From assembly GCA_052426225.1 (NCBI GenBank), contig JBNJNM010000012.1, positions 992,001 to 1,056,000 of the forward strand: DNA of 64,000 nucleotides. The letters are read 5' to 3'. Position 1 is the first letter of the stretch. The number at the start of each line of letters is the position of its first letter. The stretch is from Zancudomyces culisetae HAW-14-8 (taxonomy: Eukaryota; Fungi; Kickxellomycota). The notes beneath the pieces were generated by a model. It did no database searches and was not told the DNA's origin. It saw nothing but the letters and a program-made list of their open reading frames with translations. This document shows positions 11,501-25,004 of the stretch, in pieces. Position numbers and translations under genes: made by a program.

Positions 11501-12833
11501 TAGGTACTCCCGTAACTATCCCAAGAGTCTCATGTCGTTTACCATCCGCCGTGATGATAACATGTGAACTTTTGTGTGTCGGCTCCAAACCAATCTTCAG
11601 CAAAGCACCAGTAGTTACGACGGAGCAGGCGGCTCCCGTGTCCACTACAGCTTTCCACTGTTGTTGGTATATCTCCACAGACATACTACAGTTAGTAGTA
11701 GTCTTTTCTTGCAGTCTTATCTCGTTCAGGGCAGTGTTAGGTCCAACCTCGACAATGTTTTTCCACTCTTGCGCTATCTTCTCTGAGTTGTGCAACAGCT
11801 GTATCATGCTTATTTTAGGGTAAACCTTTTCTAATTCTTCCCTTAAATTAAACTTTTTACCTTTATCAATCCTAACAAACTCAGGTTGCACACTCCTCTC
11901 AGTTAAGACTTCCGGTTCCTCTGTCTCCCTGGTGTTCCTAACTTTTGCTGGCCTGCCTACTCTGCCCATTGACTCTACTGCTTTCCGTTTCTCGACTGTA
12001 AGTACTTCATCTTCTATAGTGATTTCTTTGTCCATATCTAAGAAATTCACCTTCTTCTCCGCATGCTCCTTCTGGAACAGTGGACATTCAAATCTCCGGT
12101 GACCTTTTTCATTGCAGTAGTAGCACTCCCAAGCGCTTGCCCTTTCCACTTTTGACTGACTCACGTATTCCTTTTTAGGGGCGACTGTCTTATCCAACTT
12201 TTCTAAGAGACTGACGCTAAGCTCCTGGAATGTCTTGAGAAACTCTCCAAACTGCCCGGACTCCGTGGTTAACTCTTTAACCGTCTTTCCAGCTCGGGTA
12301 GCGGCGTTCTTAGTAGCTGGCTTGCTACTCTTCGCTAACGCCAGAGTATCTCCCCTACCATTCTTACTTTGCTCCATCTTGGTTACAAAGGTTAGTACCT
12401 GCTCTCTATCTAATTCTTCCTTGTCAGATAGTCTTTCTCTAATCTCATCCGAGAATGTACTCACTAGCGAACCAATCTTTGTCTCTTCTTCTTTTATTCC
12501 TACTTGTTCCCAGAGCTTCTCAAGCTCCATCTCTAACTCTTCTAGACTTTCAAACTCGGTGCGTTTGATAGATCCCAACCTGTTCCAAGCTCCACCTGTG
12601 GAGTACACATTGCTGAATTTCTTCCTGAATTCCTTAGCAAAGACATCCCAAGTCGTAAAGCTCTTCTTGTTTCTCTTGTACCAGATTGTCTCGGACTTCC
12701 CAAGCCACAACTTAACTAACCCAACCCAATCCTCAGGAGCCCACTTGTTAATCTTAGCAATCAATTGGAAATCATCAATCCAGTCCTCGGCGTTGATTCC
12801 TTTTCCACTCTCAAACTTAGTGACTTTGTCCAT
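8539..12833 (-). pseudogene. Element C gag-pol copy 1 (in-frame TGA in RNase H, frameshift in integrase)
   Basis: Three ORF pieces (916, 321, 178 aa) collinear with B; TGA at 10083-10085 where B has Trp; frameshift near 9085. Confidence 0.93.
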
Positions 12834-12855
12834 TGTTAATAACTTTAAATGTAGA

Positions 12856-12873
12856 TTCCGACAGAAGGCACCA
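12856..12873 (-). promoter_or_regulatory. PBS of element C, tRNA-His-like (repeated at +4711 and +9422)
   Basis: TGGTGCCTTCTGTCGGAA; complement ends AGAAGGCA-CCA, like eukaryotic tRNA-His 3' ends. Confidence 0.75.
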
Positions 12874-12874
12874 C

Positions 12875-13238
12875 TGTCGTATAAATGAATTTATTTATAC
12901 TTTATTTGTTTAATATATATATAATTGTTCAATAACTAGTATTATCGTTATATTTTAAATACTATATAGTCGTTGAATCGCGTAATCAATATATACGTTG
13001 AATTTCCAAAACCTATTTTTATTGTTATATCTCGAATCTGATATCTCTCTCTTTTCTCCTTCCTCTAAAATAAATACTAAATATATTTTGAATCGAAACC
13101 GAAATAATTTCACTTATTTACGGTTACGTAATTAAACCAATAAAATTCCTAAAAAATTTTATTTCAATTAACCAATAAAACTAAGTATTAAAATAACTAA
13201 AAATGTTTGAATAAAGTCGTATTTGGCACTATACGACA
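12875..13238 (-). repeat. Element C LTR 2 (shared internal LTR)
   Basis: Flanked by PBS on one side and PPT on the other. Confidence 0.95.
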
Positions 13239-13249
13239 GCACTCCCCCT

Positions 13250-16200
13250 TCAAGCTATAATGTCCTCATTATAACGTGCTTGTTTAAACGTATTTAACTT
13301 AGGTCTCAGGCGACTAGTAATTTCAGGGATCATAAATCTCGATTCGTGATATAGCTTAAGTAAATCTCCATTGACCAAATCTCGGTTCCCAAGCTGGTCT
13401 GTTATAAGGTAGGCACCTTTACTAAACCTTTTTATAATAGTAAATGGACCCTCCCAGAGAGATTCCAATTTACCTCTATCGTATTCTACTACTTTCAAAA
13501 CTTTATTTCCGACTTGAAATTTCGTGGGTTTAACAGTCTTATTATATCGAATCTTCTCGGCTTCTTTCGCTGCAACGGCTTTTCGAACACCGATTTTTCG
13601 AATTTGTGGTAAATCAGATTGCATCAGTTTAAGTCGGTGCTCGATTTGTTCGACGTCGTCTTCGATTATCCCGTTCGTCTTCCACGTCGAAGGCATTTGC
13701 AATTCGGTTCCATAAAGCATCTCGGCAGGTGTATATCCGGTACTTTTACTGTTCATTGTACGCATAGTAAGTAGTACTTTCCACAAGTACCTATCCTATT
13801 ATTCTTATCTACTTTGCATATTTTTTGTAATAAACTTACTAATGTTTTATTTAACCGTTCAACTTGTCCATTCGACTGCGGGCGGTAAGAAGTAGTCGGA
13901 CTGTGGTCCAGTTGCAACCAGGAGTAAACTTCCGTCGATACATTACTGACAAAACTCGAACCTCTATCCGTTACTATCTTTTGCGGTACCCCATAGTAAG
14001 TCACAATTTCGTTTATTACAAAATCCACAATAGTCTCACTTAGTAAATTTTCAACTGCAACTGCAATAGGCCATTTAGTACAATAGTCTATTGCAGTTAG
14101 TATATAGCGATTACCTGTTTCAGAAACAGGATTAATGGGACCGATTGCGTCCATACCGAATACTTCGAAAGGCCTAACCGCATGTACTGGATTCAAACCG
14201 TGCTTTCGAGTTCTCCCACCCTTGTACGTCTGACAAGTGTGACACCTCTTGACGTAGTCGGCTACCTGCCTGTATAACCCTTTCGAATAGTGATCTCTGC
14301 TCACTCTAGCCCAAGTATTTTCGATCCCCTCGTGTGTTTCCTCATGGACCTTTTTGACTAGTTCGATGCTTTCCGCTTCCGTTAGAACTTCTTTCAACTT
14401 ACCTCTTACCCATTTGTAAATAACACCATCTATCACCTTAAAATATTTTGCTTTTTTCTTTATTTTTTCAACTAATTCAACAGTAGCTTCTCGCGGTATA
14501 GTACCGCCTAATAAATAATTTCTAACTAAACTTTCTTCACTGTATACCATTCCGAACACCTCAACATGCTCATCCTCGGTTATCTCATGTATTCCACTTC
14601 TTGACAAATGGTCCGCTGGATTGACCTTTCCAGCTATATGGACTATATCAAACTCAAAGTTACGCAGAAACATAGCCCACCTGGCTAGTCTTCCACTTAG
14701 TTCTTCACCGTTAAACATGTTAAGTAGTGCTTTATGATCCGTCCTAATAATAAATTTTCTTCCGTAAACATAAAACTTGAACTTCTTTACGGCTCACACG
14801 ACCGCCAGTCCCTCCAGGTGACTAATTGAATAATTTCTTTCCGCCTTGTTTGTAGTTCGGCTCGCGTATTCAATCGGTCTCTCATTTCCATCAACCTCTT
14901 GCGATAAAATCGCTCCGACTCCACATATCGCTGCGTCCGTTGTTACAATAAAAGTTTCGTCCCAATTCGGATGTGCAAGTACTGGCGTATTTGTCATAGC
15001 ATTTTTCATTCCTCGAAACGCTTCGTCTTGTTCTTTTCCCCATTTCCAACCTGTACCTTTTTTTAATAATTGTGTTAGTGGGTTAGCGACTATAGCATAT
15101 CTTTCAATAAATTTTCTATAGTATCCAGTCATCCCTAAAAATGACTGAACTTCCTTCACACAAGTTGGAGGCTTCAAATTCGCAATTGATTCTACTTTTA
15201 CCGAACTTGTAGCTATACCATCACCAGAAATAACGTGCCCCAAGTAGTCAATTCTATACAATCCTATTTTGCACTTGTCTTTGTGTAACTGTATTTGCCC
15301 TTCTTTTAATAACTCCATAACCTCTCTTAAATCTTCTAAATGACTGTCCTCGCTTTTAGAAAAAATTATTATGTCATCTACAAAGACAACAGCTTTTTTC
15401 CAAAGCACTTTTTTTAACACAGTCTCCATCGTTCTTTGAAAGGTAGAGGGGCTGTTTGTCAAACCGAACGGCATGACGTTGTAGAGATAACTCCCCCCTC
15501 CTGGCAAAGCAAATGTGGTTTTCTCCTTATCCTCTTCTGACATCTTTATTTGCCAAAAGCCGCTGAGTGCATCTAATGTTGTAAAGATACACGCACCAGC
15601 TAAGGCCATAAAAAGGTCCTGAATGATCGGCAACGGGTACGAGTCTTTAACCGTCACCGCGTTTAACTTCCTATAGTCTGCGCAGATGCGCAGCTTACCA
15701 TTCTTCTTTTGGACAACAACAACTGGGGAGCACCACTCGGCGTTACTTATTGCGATAACTTTTTGCTCAAGCATCCTATCGATTTCCAACCCTACTTCCT
15801 CTTGCAGTCGAAATGGTATCCTATAGGGCCTCTGTTTGATTGGCCTGTTATCTGTGAGTACTATCTTATGCTCTGCAACGTTAGTTTGTTTTAATTTATC
15901 TATATCCTCTACAAATAAATCATCATATTCCTCTAACAGTTCCACTATACCATTATTTAATTTTCCTTGTGTTCCTATGGGCGCTTCAGAAACTAAATAT
16001 AAATCCCATTCTTCTTCAACCACCGGCGTCGCTTTGGTTGTTACCAGCGGGGTAACTACTTCGGCTCTGTCAACTGGCAGTCTCAACTCCGGAATTCCTA
16101 GGTTTAGGTTTGCTTTATGCTTAAGCAGCCAGTCCATACCTAAAATTAAGGTAGGTACCTTGTTGCCCAGCACCACTAAGGATGCAACAAACTCAATTCT

Positions 16201-17544
16201 ACTAATCATAATAGGTACTCCCGTAACTATCCCAAGAGTCTCATGTCGTTTACCATCCGCCGTGATGATAACATGTGAACTTTTGTGTGTCGGCTCCAAA
16301 CCAATCTTCAGCAAAGCACCAGTAGTTACGACGGAGCAGGCGGCTCCCGTGTCCACTACAGCTTTCCACTGTTGTTGGTATATCTCCACAGACATACTAC
16401 AGTTAGTAGTAGTCTTTTCTTGCAGTCTTATCTCGTTCAGGGCAGTGTTAGGTCCAACCTCGACAATGTTTTTCCACTCTTGCGCTATCTTCTCTGAGTT
16501 GTGCAACAGCTGTATCATGCTTATTTTAGGGTAAACCTTTTCTAATTCTTCCCTTAAATTAAACTTTTTACCTTTATCAATCCTAACAAACTCAGGTTGC
16601 ACACTCCTCTCAGTTAAGACTTCCGGTTCCTCTGTCTCCCTGGTGTTCCTAACTTTTGCTGGCCTGCCTACTCTGCCCATTGACTCTACTGCTTTCCGTT
16701 TCTCGACTGTAAGTACTTCATCTTCTATAGTGATTTCTTTGTCCATATCTAAGAAATTCACCTTCTTCTCCGCATGCTCCTTCTGGAACAGTGGACATTC
16801 AAATCTCCGGTGACCTTTTTCATTGCAGTAGTAGCACTCCCAAGCGCTTGCCCTTTCCACTTTTGACTGACTCACGTATTCCTTTTTAGGGGCGACTGTC
16901 TTATCCAACTTTTCTAAGAGACTGACGCTAAGCTCCTGGAATGTCTTGAGAAACTCTCCAAACTGCCCGGACTCCGTGGTTAACTCTTTAACCGTCTTTC
17001 CAGCTCGGGTAGCGGCGTTCTTAGTAGCTGGCTTGCTACTCTTCGCTAACGCCAGAGTATCTCCCCTACCATTCTTACTTTGCTCCATCTTGGTTACAAA
17101 GGTTAGTACCTGCTCTCTATCTAATTCTTCCTTGTCAGATAGTCTTTCTCTAATCTCATCCGAGAATGTACTCACTAGCGAACCAATCTTTGTCTCTTCT
17201 TCTTTTATTCCTACTTGTTCCCAGAGCTTCTCAAGCTCCATCTCTAACTCTTCTAGACTTTCAAACTCGGTGCGTTTGATAGATCCCAACCTGTTCCAAG
17301 CTCCACCTGTGGAGTACACATTGCTGAATTTCTTCCTGAATTCCTTAGCAAAGACATCCCAAGTCGTAAAGCTCTTCTTGTTTCTCTTGTACCAGATTGT
17401 CTCGGACTTCCCAAGCCACAACTTAACTAACCCAACCCAATCCTCAGGAGCCCACTTGTTAATCTTAGCAATCAATTGGAAATCATCAATCCAGTCCTCG
17501 GCGTTGATTCCTTTTCCACTCTCAAACTTAGTGACTTTGTCCAT
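13250..17544 (-). pseudogene. Element C gag-pol copy 2 (same two lesions)
   Basis: Translations identical to copy 1. Confidence 0.93.
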
Positions 17545-17585
17545 TGTTAATAACTTTAAATGTAGATTCCGACAGAAGGCACCAC

Positions 17586-17949
17586 TGTCGTATAAATGAA
17601 TTTATTTATACTTTATTTGTTTAATATATATATAATTGTTCAATAACTAGTATTATCGTTATATTTTAAATACTATATAGTCGTTGAATCGCGTAATCAA
17701 TATATACGTTGAATTTCCAAAACCTATTTTTATTGTTATATCTCGAATCTGATATCTCTCTCTTTTCTCCTTCCTCTAAAATAAATACTAAATATATTTT
17801 GAATCGAAACCGAAATAATTTCACTTATTTACGGTTACGTAATTAAACCAATAAAATTCCTAAAAAATTTTATTTCAATTAACCAATAAAACTAAGTATT
17901 AAAATAACTAAAAATGTTTGAATAAAGTCGTATTTGGCACTATACGACA
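17586..17949 (-). repeat. Element C LTR 3 (shared internal LTR)
   Basis: Same as LTR 2. Confidence 0.95.
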
Positions 17950-17960
17950 GCACTCCCCCT

Positions 17961-20900
17961 TCAAGCTATAATGTCCTCATTATAACGTGCTTGTTTAAAC
18001 GTATTTAACTTAGGTCTCAGGCGACTAGTAATTTCAGGGATCATAAATCTCGATTCGTGATATAGCTTAAGTAAATCTCCATTGACCAAATCTCGGTTCC
18101 CAAGCTGGTCTGTTATAAGGTAGGCACCTTTACTAAACCTTTTTATAATAGTAAATGGACCCTCCCAGAGAGATTCCAATTTACCTCTATCGTATTCTAC
18201 TACTTTCAAAACTTTATTTCCGACTTGAAATTTCGTGGGTTTAACAGTCTTATTATATCGAATCTTCTCGGCTTCTTTCGCTGCAACGGCTTTTCGAACA
18301 CCGATTTTTCGAATTTGTGGTAAATCAGATTGCATCAGTTTAAGTCGGTGCTCGATTTGTTCGACGTCGTCTTCGATTATCCCGTTCGTCTTCCACGTCG
18401 AAGGCATTTGCAATTCGGTTCCATAAAGCATCTCGGCAGGTGTATATCCGGTACTTTTACTGTTCATTGTACGCATAGTAAGTAGTACTTTCCACAAGTA
18501 CCTATCCTATTATTCTTATCTACTTTGCATATTTTTTGTAATAAACTTACTAATGTTTTATTTAACCGTTCAACTTGTCCATTCGACTGCGGGCGGTAAG
18601 AAGTAGTCGGACTGTGGTCCAGTTGCAACCAGGAGTAAACTTCCGTCGATACATTACTGACAAAACTCGAACCTCTATCCGTTACTATCTTTTGCGGTAC
18701 CCCATAGTAAGTCACAATTTCGTTTATTACAAAATCCACAATAGTCTCACTTAGTAAATTTTCAACTGCAACTGCAATAGGCCATTTAGTACAATAGTCT
18801 ATTGCAGTTAGTATATAGCGATTACCTGTTTCAGAAACAGGATTAATGGGACCGATTGCGTCCATACCGAATACTTCGAAAGGCCTAACCGCATGTACTG
18901 GATTCAAACCGTGCTTTCGAGTTCTCCCACCCTTGTACGTCTGACAAGTGTGACACCTCTTGACGTAGTCGGCTACCTGCCTGTATAACCCTTTCGAATA
19001 GTGATCTCTGCTCACTCTAGCCCAAGTATTTTCGATCCCCTCGTGTGTTTCCTCATGGACCTTTTTGACTAGTTCGATGCTTTCCGCTTCCGTTAGAACT
19101 TCTTTCAACTTACCTCTTACCCATTTGTAAATAACACCATCTATCACCTTAAAATATTTTGCTTTTTTCTTTATTTTTTCAACTAATTCAACAGTAGCTT
19201 CTCGCGGTATAGTACCGCCTAATAAATAATTTCTAACTAAACTTTCTTCACTGTATACCATTCCGAACACCTCAACATGCTCATCCTCGGTTATCTCATG
19301 TATTCCACTTCTTGACAAATGGTCCGCTGGATTGACCTTTCCAGCTATATGGACTATATCAAACTCAAAGTTACGCAGAAACATAGCCCACCTGGCTAGT
19401 CTTCCACTTAGTTCTTCACCGTTAAACATGTTAAGTAGTGCTTTATGATCCGTCCTAATAATAAATTTTCTTCCGTAAACATAAAACTTGAACTTCTTTA
19501 CGGCTCACACGACCGCCAGTCCCTCCAGGTGACTAATTGAATAATTTCTTTCCGCCTTGTTTGTAGTTCGGCTCGCGTATTCAATCGGTCTCTCATTTCC
19601 ATCAACCTCTTGCGATAAAATCGCTCCGACTCCACATATCGCTGCGTCCGTTGTTACAATAAAAGTTTCGTCCCAATTCGGATGTGCAAGTACTGGCGTA
19701 TTTGTCATAGCATTTTTCATTCCTCGAAACGCTTCGTCTTGTTCTTTTCCCCATTTCCAACCTGTACCTTTTTTTAATAATTGTGTTAGTGGGTTAGCGA
19801 CTATAGCATATCTTTCAATAAATTTTCTATAGTATCCAGTCATCCCTAAAAATGACTGAACTTCCTTCACACAAGTTGGAGGCTTCAAATTCGCAATTGA
19901 TTCTACTTTTACCGAACTTGTAGCTATACCATCACCAGAAATAACGTGCCCCAAGTAGTCAATTCTATACAATCCTATTTTGCACTTGTCTTTGTGTAAC
20001 TGTATTTGCCCTTCTTTTAATAACTCCATAACCTCTCTTAAATCTTCTAAATGACTGTCCTCGCTTTTAGAAAAAATTATTATGTCATCTACAAAGACAA
20101 CAGCTTTTTTCCAAAGCACTTTTTTTAACACAGTCTCCATCGTTCTTTGAAAGGTAGAGGGGCTGTTTGTCAAACCGAACGGCATGACGTTGTAGAGATA
20201 ACTCCCCCCTCCTGGCAAAGCAAATGTGGTTTTCTCCTTATCCTCTTCTGACATCTTTATTTGCCAAAAGCCGCTGAGTGCATCTAATGTTGTAAAGATA
20301 CACGCACCAGCTAAGGCCATAAAAAGGTCCTGAATGATCGGCAACGGGTACGAGTCTTTAACCGTCACCGCGTTTAACTTCCTATAGTCTGCGCAGATGC
20401 GCAGCTTACCATTCTTCTTTTGGACAACAACAACTGGGGAGCACCACTCGGCGTTACTTATTGCGATAACTTTTTGCTCAAGCATCCTATCGATTTCCAA
20501 CCCTACTTCCTCTTGCAGTCGAAATGGTATCCTATAGGGCCTCTGTTTGATTGGCCTGTTATCTGTGAGTACTATCTTATGCTCTGCAACGTTAGTTTGT
20601 TTTAATTTATCTATATCCTCTACAAATAAATCATCATATTCCTCTAACAGTTCCACTATACCATTATTTAATTTTCCTTGTGTTCCTATGGGCGCTTCAG
20701 AAACTAAATATAAATCCCATTCTTCTTCAACCACCGGCGTCGCTTTGGTTGTTACCAGCGGGGTAACTACTTCGGCTCTGTCAACTGGCAGTCTCAACTC
20801 CGGAATTCCTAGGTTTAGGTTTGCTTTATGCTTAAGCAGCCAGTCCATACCTAAAATTAAGGTAGGTACCTTGTTGCCCAGCACCACTAAGGATGCAACA

Positions 20901-22255
20901 AACTCAATTCTACTAATCATAATAGGTACTCCCGTAACTATCCCAAGAGTCTCATGTCGTTTACCATCCGCCGTGATGATAACATGTGAACTTTTGTGTG
21001 TCGGCTCCAAACCAATCTTCAGCAAAGCACCAGTAGTTACGACGGAGCAGGCGGCTCCCGTGTCCACTACAGCTTTCCACTGTTGTTGGTATATCTCCAC
21101 AGACATACTACAGTTAGTAGTAGTCTTTTCTTGCAGTCTTATCTCGTTCAGGGCAGTGTTAGGTCCAACCTCGACAATGTTTTTCCACTCTTGCGCTATC
21201 TTCTCTGAGTTGTGCAACAGCTGTATCATGCTTATTTTAGGGTAAACCTTTTCTAATTCTTCCCTTAAATTAAACTTTTTACCTTTATCAATCCTAACAA
21301 ACTCAGGTTGCACACTCCTCTCAGTTAAGACTTCCGGTTCCTCTGTCTCCCTGGTGTTCCTAACTTTTGCTGGCCTGCCTACTCTGCCCATTGACTCTAC
21401 TGCTTTCCGTTTCTCGACTGTAAGTACTTCATCTTCTATAGTGATTTCTTTGTCCATATCTAAGAAATTCACCTTCTTCTCCGCATGCTCCTTCTGGAAC
21501 AGTGGACATTCAAATCTCCGGTGACCTTTTTCATTGCAGTAGTAGCACTCCCAAGCGCTTGCCCTTTCCACTTTTGACTGACTCACGTATTCCTTTTTAG
21601 GGGCGACTGTCTTATCCAACTTTTCTAAGAGACTGACGCTAAGCTCCTGGAATGTCTTGAGAAACTCTCCAAACTGCCCGGACTCCGTGGTTAACTCTTT
21701 AACCGTCTTTCCAGCTCGGGTAGCGGCGTTCTTAGTAGCTGGCTTGCTACTCTTCGCTAACGCCAGAGTATCTCCCCTACCATTCTTACTTTGCTCCATC
21801 TTGGTTACAAAGGTTAGTACCTGCTCTCTATCTAATTCTTCCTTGTCAGATAGTCTTTCTCTAATCTCATCCGAGAATGTACTCACTAGCGAACCAATCT
21901 TTGTCTCTTCTTCTTTTATTCCTACTTGTTCCCAGAGCTTCTCAAGCTCCATCTCTAACTCTTCTAGACTTTCAAACTCGGTGCGTTTGATAGATCCCAA
22001 CCTGTTCCAAGCTCCACCTGTGGAGTACACATTGCTGAATTTCTTCCTGAATTCCTTAGCAAAGACATCCCAAGTCGTAAAGCTCTTCTTGTTTCTCTTG
22101 TACCAGATTGTCTCGGACTTCCCAAGCCACAACTTAACTAACCCAACCCAATCCTCAGGAGCCCACTTGTTAATCTTAGCAATCAATTGGAAATCATCAA
22201 TCCAGTCCTCGGCGTTGATTCCTTTTCCACTCTCAAACTTAGTGACTTTGTCCAT
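17961..22255 (-). pseudogene. Element C gag-pol copy 3 (same two lesions)
   Basis: Translations identical to copy 1. Confidence 0.93.
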
Positions 22256-22296
22256 TGTTAATAACTTTAAATGTAGATTCCGACAGAAGGCACCAC

Positions 22297-22660
22297 TGTC
22301 GTATAAATGAATTTATTTATACTTTATTTGTTTAATATATATATAATTGTTCAATAACTAGTATTATCGTTATATTTTAAATACTATATAGTCGTTGAAT
22401 CGCGTAATCAATATATACGTTGAATTTCCAAAACCTATTTTTATTGTTATATCTCGAATCTGATATCTCTCTCTTTTCTCCTTCCTCTAAAATAAATACT
22501 AAATATATTTTGAATCGAAACCGAAATAATTTCACTTATTTACGGTTACGTAATTAAACCAATAAAATTCCTAAAAAATTTTATTTCAATTAACCAATAA
22601 AACTAAGTATTAAAATAACTAAAAATGTTTATATAAAGTCGTATTTGGCACTATACGACA
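22297..22660 (-). repeat. Element C LTR 4 (outer 5' LTR)
   Basis: Followed by GTCG TSD. Confidence 0.95.
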
Positions 22661-22664
22661 GTCG

Positions 22665-23097
22665 TGTTGTATGAAACCTACAACTTAATAATTCATGCTA
22701 AATCTACACATTAATATACATTGTTTAAGAACGTTTTTTATAATTTTGGTTGTTTATGTTACTTACATTCTTATCGTTGTTCGAGAGTCAAAACGTTTTT
22801 CCCACTGGGTTTTTTCATCGTATGACTCTATATATTTACAATTTCTCATTTTATATTAGTAGTATAATTTTATATGCTTATATTTATTTACCTTAACTTT
22901 AGTTTCTTTTATATAGCACACAAGAGAACCTCTTGTGGAAAAACTTGTCTGTTCTTGAAATAAAATCGCTTTATTAAAATACATATAGTATATACTTAAA
23001 AATTAGGCGAACTGGAAATTTATATTAAAAGTTTAAACGACGATGAAAAATCTCTTGATAAAATATTAAATAATAAAACTACAGAATTCATACGACA
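22665..23097. repeat. Solo LTR D (433 bp)
   Basis: TGTTGTATGAA...TTCATACGACA TIR; GTCG on both flanks. Confidence 0.88.
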
Positions 23098-23445
23098 GTC
23101 GTAATAATCATAATTCGTGTAACCATGATTATTAAGTTCATCATGTGTCATACCAGTTCGGGTATGACCACTTGATGAAGATGCACCACTACCCCGTAGT
23201 GTGATGTGCATAATAGGGTGCTCGGGTGAGCTGTTTCCCCTATACAATGTCGGTGAGATACTGCTCACGGACATTGGTTCTGGGCTCCTACGGATTTGGA
23301 GTTGACGGACACTTTCTGTCAACTCCCCAAGAGTCCGAGGACTTAAAACCCCAGTCTCTTGGTCCATGCTACTAGCCGTGCTCAGGCTGGAGCTAGTTTC
23401 AGAATCCCTCTTGGATTTACTCTTGGTATAAAAGAAATAGTTCAT
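23098..23445 (-). CDS. LTR-embedded Ser/Pro-rich ORF (E1), open to the LTR end
   Basis: Core SSMDQETGVLSPRTLGELTESVRQLQIRRSPE shared with the E2 ORF, mostly third-position differences. Confidence 0.65.
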
Positions 23446-23940
23446 GATGTTTGGTTATTTATTATATGTATATACTTTTAAAGTTTGTTTTATTGAGTTT
23501 ATTAACTATACTATTTAATCCGTAAAGTAGGACATGGATAAAGTTACCTAATAGACTACTCTATCAATTATATATGATTAAAAACTTAAATGTTAACCTA
23601 GTTTTTCAATATAATAAATTAACTATACACTATTATTATGCTGTTAAGTATACTAATAGTTTTGTTTCATAATTGCAGCATACGTGCAATTAAGATTATG
23701 TGTGGGAACACATAATCATTAAAATTATTTGATGTTCAGTATGAAAACATATTTCGTACTAGAATCATCATTATTGAATGGACTCAGCATGTAGAATTTA
23801 TTTCATGCTGAGTCGAAATTAATTTGAACAAAAATTTAAACGACAATAAAAATTATAAAAATTGGCATTCCGCAATGAGTGTACAACAAAATTTCTCGTA
23901 CACTATTCGAATTTGCATTACAATTCGGCTTATTGCGACA
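23098..23940 (-). repeat. Solo LTR E1 (ORF-bearing); its terminal TGTCG is stranded at 8157-8161
   Basis: Ends TATTGCGACA; reconstructed start TGTCGTAATA; homologous to 26124-26890. Confidence 0.8.
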
Positions 23941-23946
23941 CCTATA

Positions 23947-24314
23947 TGTATTAACGAATTTGTATATTTATATAGTACTTCCGTTTATTTAATAGTTATG
24001 TTGGTTTTTAGGGATATAAGTGGCGTAGAATCTACTTGTGGCTTCGATTAATGGGCTCACTTAATCCGTTATAATGATCTTAAAAATATTTACTAATGGC
24101 TAAATATTGCAAACTCTTCGTATATGTGTTTATTTTATAAAAAGATAAGATAAGAACCAAAAATTACTATCGAAATTTCTCACTAAAAAAACCTAACAAA
24201 AAATTGCCAAGGAAAAAAGAGTCCAATTTCTAAAATAATTTTGATTACGTATTTCCATTGAATTTCTTCCATTTCCATACACTATTTTTATAATGTATAA
24301 AATATTATACGACA
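23947..24314. repeat. Probable solo LTR I
   Basis: Ends TTATACGACA like neighbouring LTRs; start is degenerate. Confidence 0.55.
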
Positions 24315-24316
24315 TA

Positions 24317-25004
24317 TGTTGTAATTTTAGTTTGCAGTAAATTTCTCAGGAAATTTCCGTAACTAAACCTACAAAAAGTTCTGCTAATAGAGGGGGATTG
24401 TTACTGGAATAAGTTTTACTTTATTTAACCAGTCAACCCTACCTTTTTAGCTTATATTTAATTTAGTTTTATGTATTTATTACTTCAATAAATGCGATAA
24501 AACTGGGTAAAATTACGCCCAACTCCTAAAATTTGGTGTGCAAAACAATCAATTTTGGTCCAAAAATTAGACTCTGATACCTTTCTGATACCCTTTGAAA
24601 ATTGTGTTACGCTTCACTACCTATGTTTTTTTTTTGGTTTTAGGTAGGTTTTTGCTCAAATCACAAATTACAATTTTATAGAGTAAATTCAAGTATTTTA
24701 GAGCTAATTTGTATTTTATTTAATGAATAACTTTTAAAAATAAAAAGATAAAACCACCAAACTTGTGGTGGGGTTACTAGTAATATACTAGTACCAGACT
24801 AGCATTGTATTAGAACTTTATATAATAGAAACTTAAAATAAAACAATTAAAACTGAATATTTCTCCAACATTTGGGTAATTTATTACCCAAGAAATCCCA
24901 GATTTCTTGCTCGAACACCCGAGATAACGGTGGTTATTCGGTGTTTGAGAAGCTGTATGCTGTTCACCCAATAGTTTAGCTTGGGTAGAACTAAGCATAC
25001 AACA
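24317..25004. repeat. Probable solo LTR H (may be composite)
   Basis: TGTTGTA...TACAACA perfect 7-bp TIR. Confidence 0.65.

Larger units (their letters stand above)
8162..22660 (-). mobile_element. Tandem array of three defective Ty3/Gypsy element C copies sharing four LTRs (unit 4711 bp)
   Basis: ORF coordinates recur at +4711; LTRs 8162-8527, 12875-13238, 17586-17949, 22297-22660; GTCG TSD at 8158-8161 and 22661-22664. Confidence 0.96.

Noticed and set aside
868-22310. Plus-strand ORFs overlapping gag-pol (e.g. 232 aa, 217 aa)
   Set aside because: Antisense shadows of purine-rich coding strands with no motifs
23020-23097. C-terminal part of the 141-aa ORF
   Set aside because: Read-through into inserted LTR D, not part of the conserved ORF
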